Below, in pieces: positions 54,675-63,161 of a stretch of 64,000 nucleotides of DNA (its first letter is position 1; every line of letters starts with the position of its first letter). The translations under genes were made by a program, and so were the position numbers. A model generated the notes under the pieces. It saw only the letters and a program-made list of their open reading frames with translations, was not told the DNA's origin and made no database searches. Source of the stretch: an uncultured Alphaproteobacteria bacterium (GTDB lineage Bacteria > Pseudomonadota > Alphaproteobacteria > Methylaequorales > Methylaequoraceae); the NCBI GenBank assembly GCA_902530985.1, contig CACACI010000002.1, positions 18,461 through 82,460 on the forward strand, in the 5' to 3' direction.

Positions 54675-55850
54675 TTGAGAAAAAGAAATAATATTTTTAT
54701 TATAATTCCTGCTAGAGGTGGATCGAAATCAATTAAAAGTAAGAATCTCCATATTGTAAACAAAAAACCGTTATTACAATGGACATTAGAGGAATCAAAA
54801 AAGGTAAAATCAGTCAGCAGAATAATTGTATCAACAGATGATAAGAATATAAAGGAATTTGCAAAAGAGTTTTGTGTAGATGTGGTTGATAGACCTAAAC
54901 AAATCAGTAATGACAACTCATCATCTGAAAGTGCGATTCTTCACACCTTAAAAAATTATAATGAAAAAAATATTATTCCAGAAATTATTGTTTTTTTACA
55001 ATGTACGTCACCATTAATATCATTTTGTGATATTGAAAAAGGAATAAAATATTTAAATGAAAACAGGCTTGATTCAACATTTGCATGCGCTTCTTTCGAT
55101 GGCTTTATTTGGAAAAAGAATAATAAACAATTTGAAGGAATCAATCATGATCATAGTAAGAGGTTAATGAGACAAAAACGATCAATAGAATATTTAGAGG
55201 CTGGTTCAATTTATATTATGAGAACAAAAAGTTTTTTGAAAGATAAATATCGTTTTTGCGGAAAATGTGAACCTTTCTTAATTGATAAGAAAAAAGTGTT
55301 AGACATTAATGATTATCAAGATGCTGACATAGCAGAAATTTATTTAAAAAATATTATTGTAAAAAATAAAATAATTTTAAATCAACCAAAAGCATTGATA
55401 ATGGATTTTGATGGAGTGCATACTAATAATAAAGTCTATTTAGATTCTAATGGCAATGAATTAGTCTTATGCTCACGAAGCGATGGTATGGGGCTAAAGC
55501 AATTAAAAGAAAATTCAAATATTAAATTATTAATTATTTCTAATGAACAAAATCAAGTGGTTCAAAAAAGAGCAACAAAATTAAATATTGAATGTATTCA
55601 AACTAATGGGAAAAAGATTGAAATACTAGATAACTGGCTAAAAGATAATACTCTAAAATATGAGGAGGTCATTTTTATAGGAAATGATATCAATGATATT
55701 GATTGTATTCAAAAAGTAGGAATAAGCTTTTGTCCGAATGACGCAGAGAATTTAATTAAGGAAAATGTGGATCACGTATTAAAACAAAGTGGGGGTAATG
55801 GGGCTATTAGAGAATTAACTAATATTTTATTATCTAAGATGAATGATTAA
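54675..55850 (+). CDS. neuA: fusion protein: CMP-nonulosonate/N-acylneuraminate cytidylyltransferase (N-terminal) plus KdsC-type HAD phosphatase (C-terminal)
   Basis: N-terminal IIIPARGGSKSIKSKN...LQCTSPL. C-terminal LIMDFDGVHTNN...SRSDGMGL...FIGNDINDI (HAD motifs I-IV). TTG start. Confidence 0.8.
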   Translation: MRKRNNIFIIIPARGGSKSIKSKNLHIVNKKPLLQWTLEESKKVKSVSRIIVSTDDKNIKEFAKEFCVDVVDRPKQISNDNSSSESAILHTLKNYNEKNIIPEIIVFLQCTSPLISFCDIEKGIKYLNENRLDSTFACASFDGFIWKKNNKQFEGINHDHSKRLMRQKRSIEYLEAGSIYIMRTKSFLKDKYRFCGKCEPFLIDKKKVLDINDYQDADIAEIYLKNIIVKNKIILNQPKALIMDFDGVHTNNKVYLDSNGNELVLCSRSDGMGLKQLKENSNIKLLIISNEQNQVVQKRATKLNIECIQTNGKKIEILDNWLKDNTLKYEEVIFIGNDINDIDCIQKVGISFCPNDAENLIKENVDHVLKQSGGNGAIRELTNILLSKMND

Positions 55851-56706
55851 AATCGGTAAAAATAATATTGGTAACTCTTATCCAATCTATGTAATTGCTG
55901 AAATTGGTATCAACCACAATGGAAACATAGAATTAGTGAAAACGTTAATTGACGAAGCCCATTTAGCAGGTGCTAATGCTGTTAAATTTCAAAAAAGAAC
56001 TCCACAAATTTGCGTTCCTGAAGAACAGAAATTAATTGAAAAAGATACTCCGTGGGGCAGGATGTCTTATTTAGAATATAAGGAAAAAATTGAGTTATCT
56101 AAAGATAATTATGAATTTATCGAGAAATATTGTAAAAAAAAAGGAATAGACTGGTTTACTTCATGTTGGGACATAGACTCCCTCGAATTTATAAAAAATT
56201 TTAATCCTGTTGCCTACAAGATTGCCTCAGCTTCATTAACTGACAAAATGCTATTAAAAGAACACTCTAAATTAAAAGAGCCTATAATTCTTTCTACTGG
56301 TATGTCTACCATGAAAGAGATAAAAAAAGCAGAACAAATTTTAAGTCACACTAATTTACTAATTGCGCATTCCACGAGTGCATATCCTTGTAAGTCTGAG
56401 GAACTTAATCTAAATGTAATCCAAACATTTGTTAAAGAGTTTGATCATCCAATTGGTTACTCTGGACACGAACTTGGAATTCAAACAACTCTGGCTGCAT
56501 GCGTTTTAGGAGCGTGTTTTATCGAAAGACACTTTACATTAGACAGGTCGATGTGGGGCACTGATCAAGCTGCATCACTTGAGCCGCCAGGTTTGAAAAA
56601 GTTAGTCAGAGATATTAGAGTTTTAGAAAAATCTTTAGGTGATGGAATAAAGAAAGTTTATGATTCAGAAAAAAGAATAAGAGATAAATTAAGATTGGTG
56701 AAATGA
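55843..56706 (+). CDS. neuB: NeuB-family nonulosonate (sialic-acid-type) synthase lacking the C-terminal SAF domain
   Basis: VIAEIGINHNGN...ANAVKFQKR...YKIASASLTD...STGMST...GYSGHE...IERHFTLDRSMWGTDQAASLEP. Ends at 287 aa, about 60 aa short of typical NeuB. Confidence 0.8.
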   Translation: MIKIGKNNIGNSYPIYVIAEIGINHNGNIELVKTLIDEAHLAGANAVKFQKRTPQICVPEEQKLIEKDTPWGRMSYLEYKEKIELSKDNYEFIEKYCKKKGIDWFTSCWDIDSLEFIKNFNPVAYKIASASLTDKMLLKEHSKLKEPIILSTGMSTMKEIKKAEQILSHTNLLIAHSTSAYPCKSEELNLNVIQTFVKEFDHPIGYSGHELGIQTTLAACVLGACFIERHFTLDRSMWGTDQAASLEPPGLKKLVRDIRVLEKSLGDGIKKVYDSEKRIRDKLRLVK

Positions 56707-57365
56707 AAAAAAAGATATTAAATATCAAAAAAAGTTTTGATTACGAAAATGCTTATATGCTCTCTGCCCCGGTAGAAAGAATAGGTAAGCTTGTAAGTAG
56801 ATTTGAGTTATTTAATAAGATAAAAGCTATACCAGGTGAAATAATAGAATGTGGAGTTTTCAAAGGATCCTCTTTATCTCAATTTTTAAAACTAAGGGCA
56901 CTTTATGGACATTCGTCCTCAAAAAAAATCATAGCATTTGACACTTTCGGAAAATTCCCTGAAAAATGTTCCTCTGATGATAAAAAGTATTTGAAAAATT
57001 TTACTAATGAAGCTGGCAATCAATCTATTGAAAAAAATGAATTATTAAAAATATTTAAACAATTGGGTGTTGATAAAAATTTAGACTTGATAAAGGGAAA
57101 TATTTTAAAAACACTTCCACAATTTATAAAATCAAATAAACATATAAAAATCTCTTTATTACATGTCGATGTAGATACTTATGAACCTACTAAACTCTGT
57201 TTAGAAATCCTATATCCTCATGTAGTGAAGAATGGTGTGGTTATCTTAGATGATTATGGTGCTTTTCCTGGTGCTAATAAAGCAATTGACGAATTTTTTA
57301 GTAATAAACCAAATGTTATTAAAACCTTACCTTACTCAAGTTATATAAGTTATGTCATTAAATAG
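56703..57365 (+). CDS. TylF/macrocin-O-methyltransferase family SAM-dependent methyltransferase
   Basis: GEIIECGVFKGSSL...LLHVDVDTYEPTK...GVVILDDYG. Confidence 0.75.
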   Translation: MKKKILNIKKSFDYENAYMLSAPVERIGKLVSRFELFNKIKAIPGEIIECGVFKGSSLSQFLKLRALYGHSSSKKIIAFDTFGKFPEKCSSDDKKYLKNFTNEAGNQSIEKNELLKIFKQLGVDKNLDLIKGNILKTLPQFIKSNKHIKISLLHVDVDTYEPTKLCLEILYPHVVKNGVVILDDYGAFPGANKAIDEFFSNKPNVIKTLPYSSYISYVIK

Positions 57366-58839
57366 GTATTTAAAACTTCTAGAACAATTTAATAATAAAA
57401 GTCTCAGTGTAAAATCAAAAAAACTGCTGGTCCTTTCTAATGATTCTAATGACTTTATAATTAATTGTTCTATTGCTCATGTTCTTGTAAAACTTGGCCA
57501 CAAAGTGACTTTATTTATCCAAAACTCCGATCAAAGTCTGAAAAAAAACTTCAATGGATTTAGTTTTCAAAGTATGTTTGCATCAATAATTAAAGTTATT
57601 ATTAAGAATGAAATTTATGTTGAATACGAAAAAGAAGTTGTTGGCAAGAATGCAAATATTTCGACAAAATTAAGAAAGAAAATTTATCGTCAGACTGAAG
57701 AGGATATTCAAAGGATTTTGAAAAATCCTCTTTATGAAAAGAATCAGAAAAATAAAAAGTTATTTGAGAAAATTCAAAAAAGAAACTTGGATTTTGCCAT
57801 TAAATTCAAATCATTTGTTAAAAAAAATAAATTTGATAATTATATTATTGACAGTGGATCATGGGCAGAATATGGAGTGGCGTTCTCAATTCTCCAAGAA
57901 CTAGGTAAAACAATAACTTGTTACGGTTATAAAAACGACAAAAACAGTATTATGATCTCAAAAAATACTCCTTTCAATGATTTGGATATTGATGAAGCTT
58001 GGAAGAAAATGAAAAACAAATCTATTCGTAAATCGTATTTTACAATTGAAAAGATCTCAAAAAAGAAATTTTATACAAAAGATGTTTTCTTAAATTTTCA
58101 TACCGAAGATCCATTAAATAAAGAAAAAGTTTATAAAAGATTATTTTTAAAAAAAAATAACTACACAATTTTAATTCTTACTAATCTTGCCTTTGATACA
58201 ACTGTTCTAACAAAAAAAACAAACCACTTGTTTAAATCTCATTTTGATTGGTTAAAAAAAACAATCAGCTTTTTGGCACAAAAAAATAACTGTAATATTA
58301 TTATTAGACCACATCCTGCTGAAAAATTAACAAATTGCAATATGTCATGTGAAAGGTATATCAATAATTATTTAGATAAGCTTGGCGACAATTTTACCAT
58401 ACTCCCAAGTCAAACTTCAATAAATACCTATGGTTTGATAGACATAGCAGATTTAGGTTTAGTATATTCCTCAGATATAGGTTGGGAAATGGTTTTGAAG
58501 AATAAACCAGTGATTTCTGGTGGAATGGGAGCTGCGTGGGGTAAAAATATTCAATATGATCCAAAAAGTTTGAGGGATTATTTTAATAAAATTAACTTTT
58601 TTGTTAAAAATAAAAATTTCACTTTACCTAATTTAAAAAAAACAAATGCAGTAAAATTTATGAATTTTTACATGCAAGAAGTACCTAAAACTTTTCCTTT
58701 CCCTTTGTTTGAATATTGGAATAACAATACATTTAATAAAGCAGTAAAAATTTTTCAAAGTTCAACAATATCTAAAAAATATAAAACAACTTTTGAAAAT
58801 TTAAGTAATCCTTTATTACGAAAAAAAGGTGTTATTTGA
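57352..58839 (+). CDS. putative glycosyltransferase, capsule-biosynthesis KpsS/KpsC-like (ulosonic-acid transferase-like)
   Basis: 495 aa. The C-terminal half IIIRPHPAEK...INTYGLIDIADLGLVYSSDIGWEMVLKNKPVISGG resembles the Capsule_synth family. Weak call. Confidence 0.4.
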   Translation: MSLNRYLKLLEQFNNKSLSVKSKKLLVLSNDSNDFIINCSIAHVLVKLGHKVTLFIQNSDQSLKKNFNGFSFQSMFASIIKVIIKNEIYVEYEKEVVGKNANISTKLRKKIYRQTEEDIQRILKNPLYEKNQKNKKLFEKIQKRNLDFAIKFKSFVKKNKFDNYIIDSGSWAEYGVAFSILQELGKTITCYGYKNDKNSIMISKNTPFNDLDIDEAWKKMKNKSIRKSYFTIEKISKKKFYTKDVFLNFHTEDPLNKEKVYKRLFLKKNNYTILILTNLAFDTTVLTKKTNHLFKSHFDWLKKTISFLAQKNNCNIIIRPHPAEKLTNCNMSCERYINNYLDKLGDNFTILPSQTSINTYGLIDIADLGLVYSSDIGWEMVLKNKPVISGGMGAAWGKNIQYDPKSLRDYFNKINFFVKNKNFTLPNLKKTNAVKFMNFYMQEVPKTFPFPLFEYWNNNTFNKAVKIFQSSTISKKYKTTFENLSNPLLRKKGVI

Positions 58840-58844
58840 ATAAA

Positions 58845-60311
58845 TTACTTGAATATAAATTTGTCATAATCAGGAAGATTATTGGGGTCAATACCAAGAC
58901 CTTTTTTTAACAAATTTTTATTTCTGGTATTATTCAATCTATTATCAACACTTCTAATTAAATCTTTACAGAAGTAGTCAATCATAATTTGAATATTTCC
59001 TTCACCAAATTCTTTTAAATTGAAAGAAAGGTTTGACTGTTGTTTCTCTATAAGAAATTTTGCAATTTCATACTCAATTTCAATTATATTTCCATATTTT
59101 ATGCTGCATAAATAAAAATTTTCTTCATATCTAAATCTGGCTTCCTTACTAACGACAAAATCACTCTTTTGAATTATTTCTCTCGTTTTTTTATCGTATG
59201 TAATTTTAAATGGAACGAAATTCCTAAGTGATTTTCCATGAATCTTGCCATTAATTATTGGACCAACCATCAATGGATCTTTTCCATTAAGTTTTCCCGA
59301 ATAAGCTTTAGCATCAACTCTGCATCCACTATTACACACATATTTATAATCACATTTTTTACATTCATTAAAAGCTAATGATCCATCATGCCAATTTCTT
59401 AGTTTTTTATATTGTTCAGATAAATCAATTTCATCATTAAATACATTTCCTAATCTTTCTGAAGAGAGATGTACACACGATCTTATGTCTCCATTGGGTA
59501 AGATATTTAACCTATGACCTCTTTGAGTAGGACACCCTCTTCCAACAAAATCTGCATACTTTTGAAGATCACCCAGCAAACATAGGGGATAGCTTACTAT
59601 TGTACTAACATCAATTCCAAACTCATCTCTCGCTTTTATAAGTTGATCTAAACACTCTAATGCTGATTTTTTTGATAATATATTTGGATTTTCATCATTT
59701 GTATTTTCATAATCTACCTCTGTTTCGTAATCAGGCCCAACTATCCGTGTGGCAAAAATCCTCTGACATCCTAATTTACTAGCAAGTTTTGCTGTCAGAT
59801 AAACTTGATTTTTATTAGAGTTGTGAACAACCATATTTGCACTAACCCTAAACCCAACCTTTATAGCGTCTTCAATTCCACTTGTTATTCTATCAAATGC
59901 ATTTTTACTATTAACCAATTTATTTGTAACATCAGACAAATACGATGGTAAACTTGTCAAAATATGATCACAACCCGAGTCAAATAATCTTTGTAGTCTC
60001 TCTATTCTTTTGGCTTTTATTGAAAGATTACTATTTACAGAAGTTGAAATATTATTTTCTTTAAGTTTTTTGTTAAGATATAAAAGCATCTCAAAGTTTG
60101 CAAAAGCTTCACCACCAGATGATATAACATGAAAGACTTCAAAATTTATAAATTGTCTTACTAATTGATCTATTTTACCTTTATCTAGTTTTAAAGATCC
60201 CATCGAAAGATCTCTGTCAAAATTAAAACAATAAACACACTTTTCATTACAAATATCAGTAATTTCTAAATCTACTGTTGTTGGCGTTCTATAAATTCTT
60301 CGAGGTCTCAT
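58845..60311 (-). CDS. radical SAM enzyme with a canonical SPASM domain and a C-terminal extension of about 130 aa
   Basis: CNEKCVYC (CX3CX2C). SPASM motifs C-X13-G-X4-C (GCPTQRGHRLNILPNGDIRSC) and CX2CX5CX3C (CKKCDYKYVCNSGC). Confidence 0.85.
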   Translation of the reverse strand: MRPRRIYRTPTTVDLEITDICNEKCVYCFNFDRDLSMGSLKLDKGKIDQLVRQFINFEVFHVISSGGEAFANFEMLLYLNKKLKENNISTSVNSNLSIKAKRIERLQRLFDSGCDHILTSLPSYLSDVTNKLVNSKNAFDRITSGIEDAIKVGFRVSANMVVHNSNKNQVYLTAKLASKLGCQRIFATRIVGPDYETEVDYENTNDENPNILSKKSALECLDQLIKARDEFGIDVSTIVSYPLCLLGDLQKYADFVGRGCPTQRGHRLNILPNGDIRSCVHLSSERLGNVFNDEIDLSEQYKKLRNWHDGSLAFNECKKCDYKYVCNSGCRVDAKAYSGKLNGKDPLMVGPIINGKIHGKSLRNFVPFKITYDKKTREIIQKSDFVVSKEARFRYEENFYLCSIKYGNIIEIEYEIAKFLIEKQQSNLSFNLKEFGEGNIQIMIDYFCKDLIRSVDNRLNNTRNKNLLKKGLGIDPNNLPDYDKFIFK

Positions 60312-60315
60312 TGAT

Positions 60316-61215
60316 TTATTGATCTATATCCTTTCTAGAAATAATTTGCATAAGGGAAAAATTTCCTTCAGGCACATCAAGTTTTTTAAAATCAACTACA
60401 TTTAGTTTACATTTTTTTAGTAAATTTAGAATTGATTTTTTTGAAAAAAAATTTATATGTTCGTGCCAATGTCTTTTATCTTGATAGGATTTTTCTTTAT
60501 TATTAATTTCAATCATAAGTTTTTCATAAGGAATTTCGACATATAACAATGACCTTGAACTCATATTTTTTTTTATATCAATTAGAGTTTCAGATGGATA
60601 GGAAACGTGTTCAAGAACATTACTACAAATTATTAAATCATATGTTTTATTTTTTAAATCAGATTTTTTGACCTTAACAGCACCTTTAACAGTTTTTGAG
60701 TCTCCTAAATCATAAATATGAATGCTTTTATTATTATTTTTAAACGGCGTATTTTTACCAGTATCACCTCCCCAGTCCAAAATGCTTACTGGCAATTTCA
60801 CATTTCTTTCGATAAATTCCTCTACTTTATCTAGGTACGTGATACCTTTTATTAGTTCAGTATTTCTTTTTTTATAATTTTTTTCATATTTTTCTCGAAG
60901 TTTAGTATACCGACTGTTTCTATAACCAGTGTAAAGGTTTGAAAGTTCTTTTTCTGAAAATCTGATATCTAGAAATAAAAAATTACACTTACTACACATC
61001 AGAGTATTGCATATAGAGTAAGTCTGTCCCTTACTAATTGTTTTAAGCCCCCAACTCTTGTCTATTTTAATTTGCTTCCAATTAAAAACCCTTTCAGCAA
61101 TAAAAGGCATTAAAACTGCTGGACTGTTTTTTAATTTTTTTGAACCACAGCAAATACAAAATTCAGCAATTCTATCTTTAGGTAAATTTTTAAAATCTTG
61201 TTCAATTTGTTTCAT
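60316..61215 (-). CDS. SAM-dependent methyltransferase with an N-terminal zinc ribbon
   Basis: CICCGSKKL...CSKCNFLF (4 Cys). ILDWGGDTG and DLIICSNVLEHV class I methyltransferase motifs. Confidence 0.6.
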   Translation of the reverse strand: MKQIEQDFKNLPKDRIAEFCICCGSKKLKNSPAVLMPFIAERVFNWKQIKIDKSWGLKTISKGQTYSICNTLMCSKCNFLFLDIRFSEKELSNLYTGYRNSRYTKLREKYEKNYKKRNTELIKGITYLDKVEEFIERNVKLPVSILDWGGDTGKNTPFKNNNKSIHIYDLGDSKTVKGAVKVKKSDLKNKTYDLIICSNVLEHVSYPSETLIDIKKNMSSRSLLYVEIPYEKLMIEINNKEKSYQDKRHWHEHINFFSKKSILNLLKKCKLNVVDFKKLDVPEGNFSLMQIISRKDIDQ

Positions 61216-63106
61216 TCGTAAAATCTCTCATTGAATATGATTTTTTGTCAATTGGACCTGAGATCAATTTTTTTAATTCTTTAATCTCTAATAAAGGTGT
61301 CATATCTTCTATTGGTGAGGAAACCATTGTCCCATTATCCAATTTATATGCCGAACATTTAGGAATTAATTTTTCATCTTTATTTACGAAAATTTCATAA
61401 ATAATGAGTTCATCCGTGTTCAAAGTTTTTTTGATTTTATTAAAATCAGAATATTTTTTTATAACATATGATTTGATACCAATTGCTCTAGCAATCCTAG
61501 ATATAGAGGACGTTTCCATTCCAGAATTTTTGTTAATCCCTATAAATCTTCCTTTAAAATAGTTTTTTTGAGTATTTCTTATAGATACATAACCTTGATT
61601 ATTTATTAGAAAAATCTTTGCTTTACATTTGTTTGTTTTTAAAGTTTGTAACTCTTGAAGATTCATCATCGCACTTCCATCACCTTCATATAAAAATAAG
61701 TTTTTTTTTATTTGTGAACTAGCACCAACTAAAGCTGGGAACCCATAACCCATTGAACCTAACCCTGTTGTAAGAAATGTTTTTTGATTTCTTTTATTTT
61801 CAAAATGCGTATAAAAAACTTCAATACATAGACCTGAACTTCCTGTAACAATAGTACTATTTGGTGGAATTATTTTTGACAATAAATTTACAGTGCTATA
61901 AATACTCATACTATTCTTTTTTCTTAATTCGCTTTTTCCATACTTTGTTTTAAGATTGTTGCAAAAATTTATCCATCTAGTATTTTTATTTTTATATTCA
62001 TGATCTTTTAACTTGACTAATAAATCCGGCAAAAAATATTTACAATCAAATTTTAGTTTTTTAAATCTTCTGGGATGCTTCTTTAGTTCACCCTCATCAA
62101 TATCTATACAATAGATTACTGCATTTTTTGCAAAATTATCAGGATTGAAGGCCGTAACAATTCTATCTAATCTTGCCCCAATACTAATTAATAAATCACA
62201 GTTTTGAATTGTTAAATTAGCATTTCGTTTTGCCACTACCCCAGGTCTTCCAATGTAAAGAGGATCATTAAAAGCTAAAAGATCAATCATTGGCCAAGTA
62301 ACGCATACAGGAATATTTGAATACTTAATCAATTCAATAGCTAATTTTTCTGATTTTGAACTTTTAACTCCATGCCCCATTAAAAATAATGGCTTCTTAG
62401 ATTTTATAATCTTATTTATTAAATCATTGGGTATTTGTTTTTTAGCCTCAATTATTTCATTCTTCAGGAAAGGTTTATAATCAAAAGGAATTTTAACTTT
62501 TTGGGATTGAATGTCTAAAGGAATATCAATCAAACATGGTCCAGGTCTTCCATTTTTTGAAAGATTTACAATTTTGCTAAGTTTCTGTAAAAAATTCTGA
62601 TGATCTGTAATTGTTTCAGAATACTTGGTTATCCCTTTGACCATCGAAACTATATCAACTTCTTGTGGACCCTTTTGCCTTAATTTCTTTTCAAAATTAA
62701 TATCATCCGTTTTAACTTGACCTGAAATGACCAAAAGAGGAATCGAATCAATCCATGATCCAGCTATACCTGTTATCGAGTTAGTAGCTCCGGGACCAGT
62801 TGTTACCAATGCAACCCCTATTCCTTTGTTGAGCCTTGAATATGCTTCGGCAGCAATTACTGCAGATTGTTCATTATGAGTACAAATACATTTAATATCT
62901 GGGTGTCGTCCTACTGCATCAACAAGAAACATATTTCCACCACCAGGCACAAGAAAGACAGTGTTTGTTCCAATTTTGGAAAGATAATCAAAAAGAAGAT
63001 AAGAAAGTGTATCTTCTTTTTGTTTTAAATTAATTCCCCTAAATTCTAAATTTTTGTCATCTAAATTATTTATTAGAGGTTCATTATTATAATTAATTTT
63101 ATCCAT
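61202..63106 (-). CDS. thiamine-diphosphate-dependent enzyme, acetolactate-synthase-large-subunit-like
   Basis: 634 aa. N-terminal Pyr domain (VFLVPGGGNM...NEQSAVIAAEAYSR...TGPGATN). ThDP motif GDGSAMMNLQELQT...INNQGY. Confidence 0.85.
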   Translation of the reverse strand: MDKINYNNEPLINNLDDKNLEFRGINLKQKEDTLSYLLFDYLSKIGTNTVFLVPGGGNMFLVDAVGRHPDIKCICTHNEQSAVIAAEAYSRLNKGIGVALVTTGPGATNSITGIAGSWIDSIPLLVISGQVKTDDINFEKKLRQKGPQEVDIVSMVKGITKYSETITDHQNFLQKLSKIVNLSKNGRPGPCLIDIPLDIQSQKVKIPFDYKPFLKNEIIEAKKQIPNDLINKIIKSKKPLFLMGHGVKSSKSEKLAIELIKYSNIPVCVTWPMIDLLAFNDPLYIGRPGVVAKRNANLTIQNCDLLISIGARLDRIVTAFNPDNFAKNAVIYCIDIDEGELKKHPRRFKKLKFDCKYFLPDLLVKLKDHEYKNKNTRWINFCNNLKTKYGKSELRKKNSMSIYSTVNLLSKIIPPNSTIVTGSSGLCIEVFYTHFENKRNQKTFLTTGLGSMGYGFPALVGASSQIKKNLFLYEGDGSAMMNLQELQTLKTNKCKAKIFLINNQGYVSIRNTQKNYFKGRFIGINKNSGMETSSISRIARAIGIKSYVIKKYSDFNKIKKTLNTDELIIYEIFVNKDEKLIPKCSAYKLDNGTMVSSPIEDMTPLLEIKELKKLISGPIDKKSYSMRDFTNETN

Positions 63107-63134
63107 TTAATTTGTTTAAAAAGTGTTTATTTGG

Positions 63135-63150
63135 TGCAATTATAATGCCA
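63135..63150 (-). promoter_or_regulatory. sigma-54 -24/-12 promoter motif TGGCATTATAATTGCA (minus strand) upstream of the ThDP-MT-rSAM operon
   Basis: Exact consensus spacing. 28 nt lie before the ATG at 63106. Confidence 0.6.
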
Positions 63151-63161
63151 TACTATTAGGC

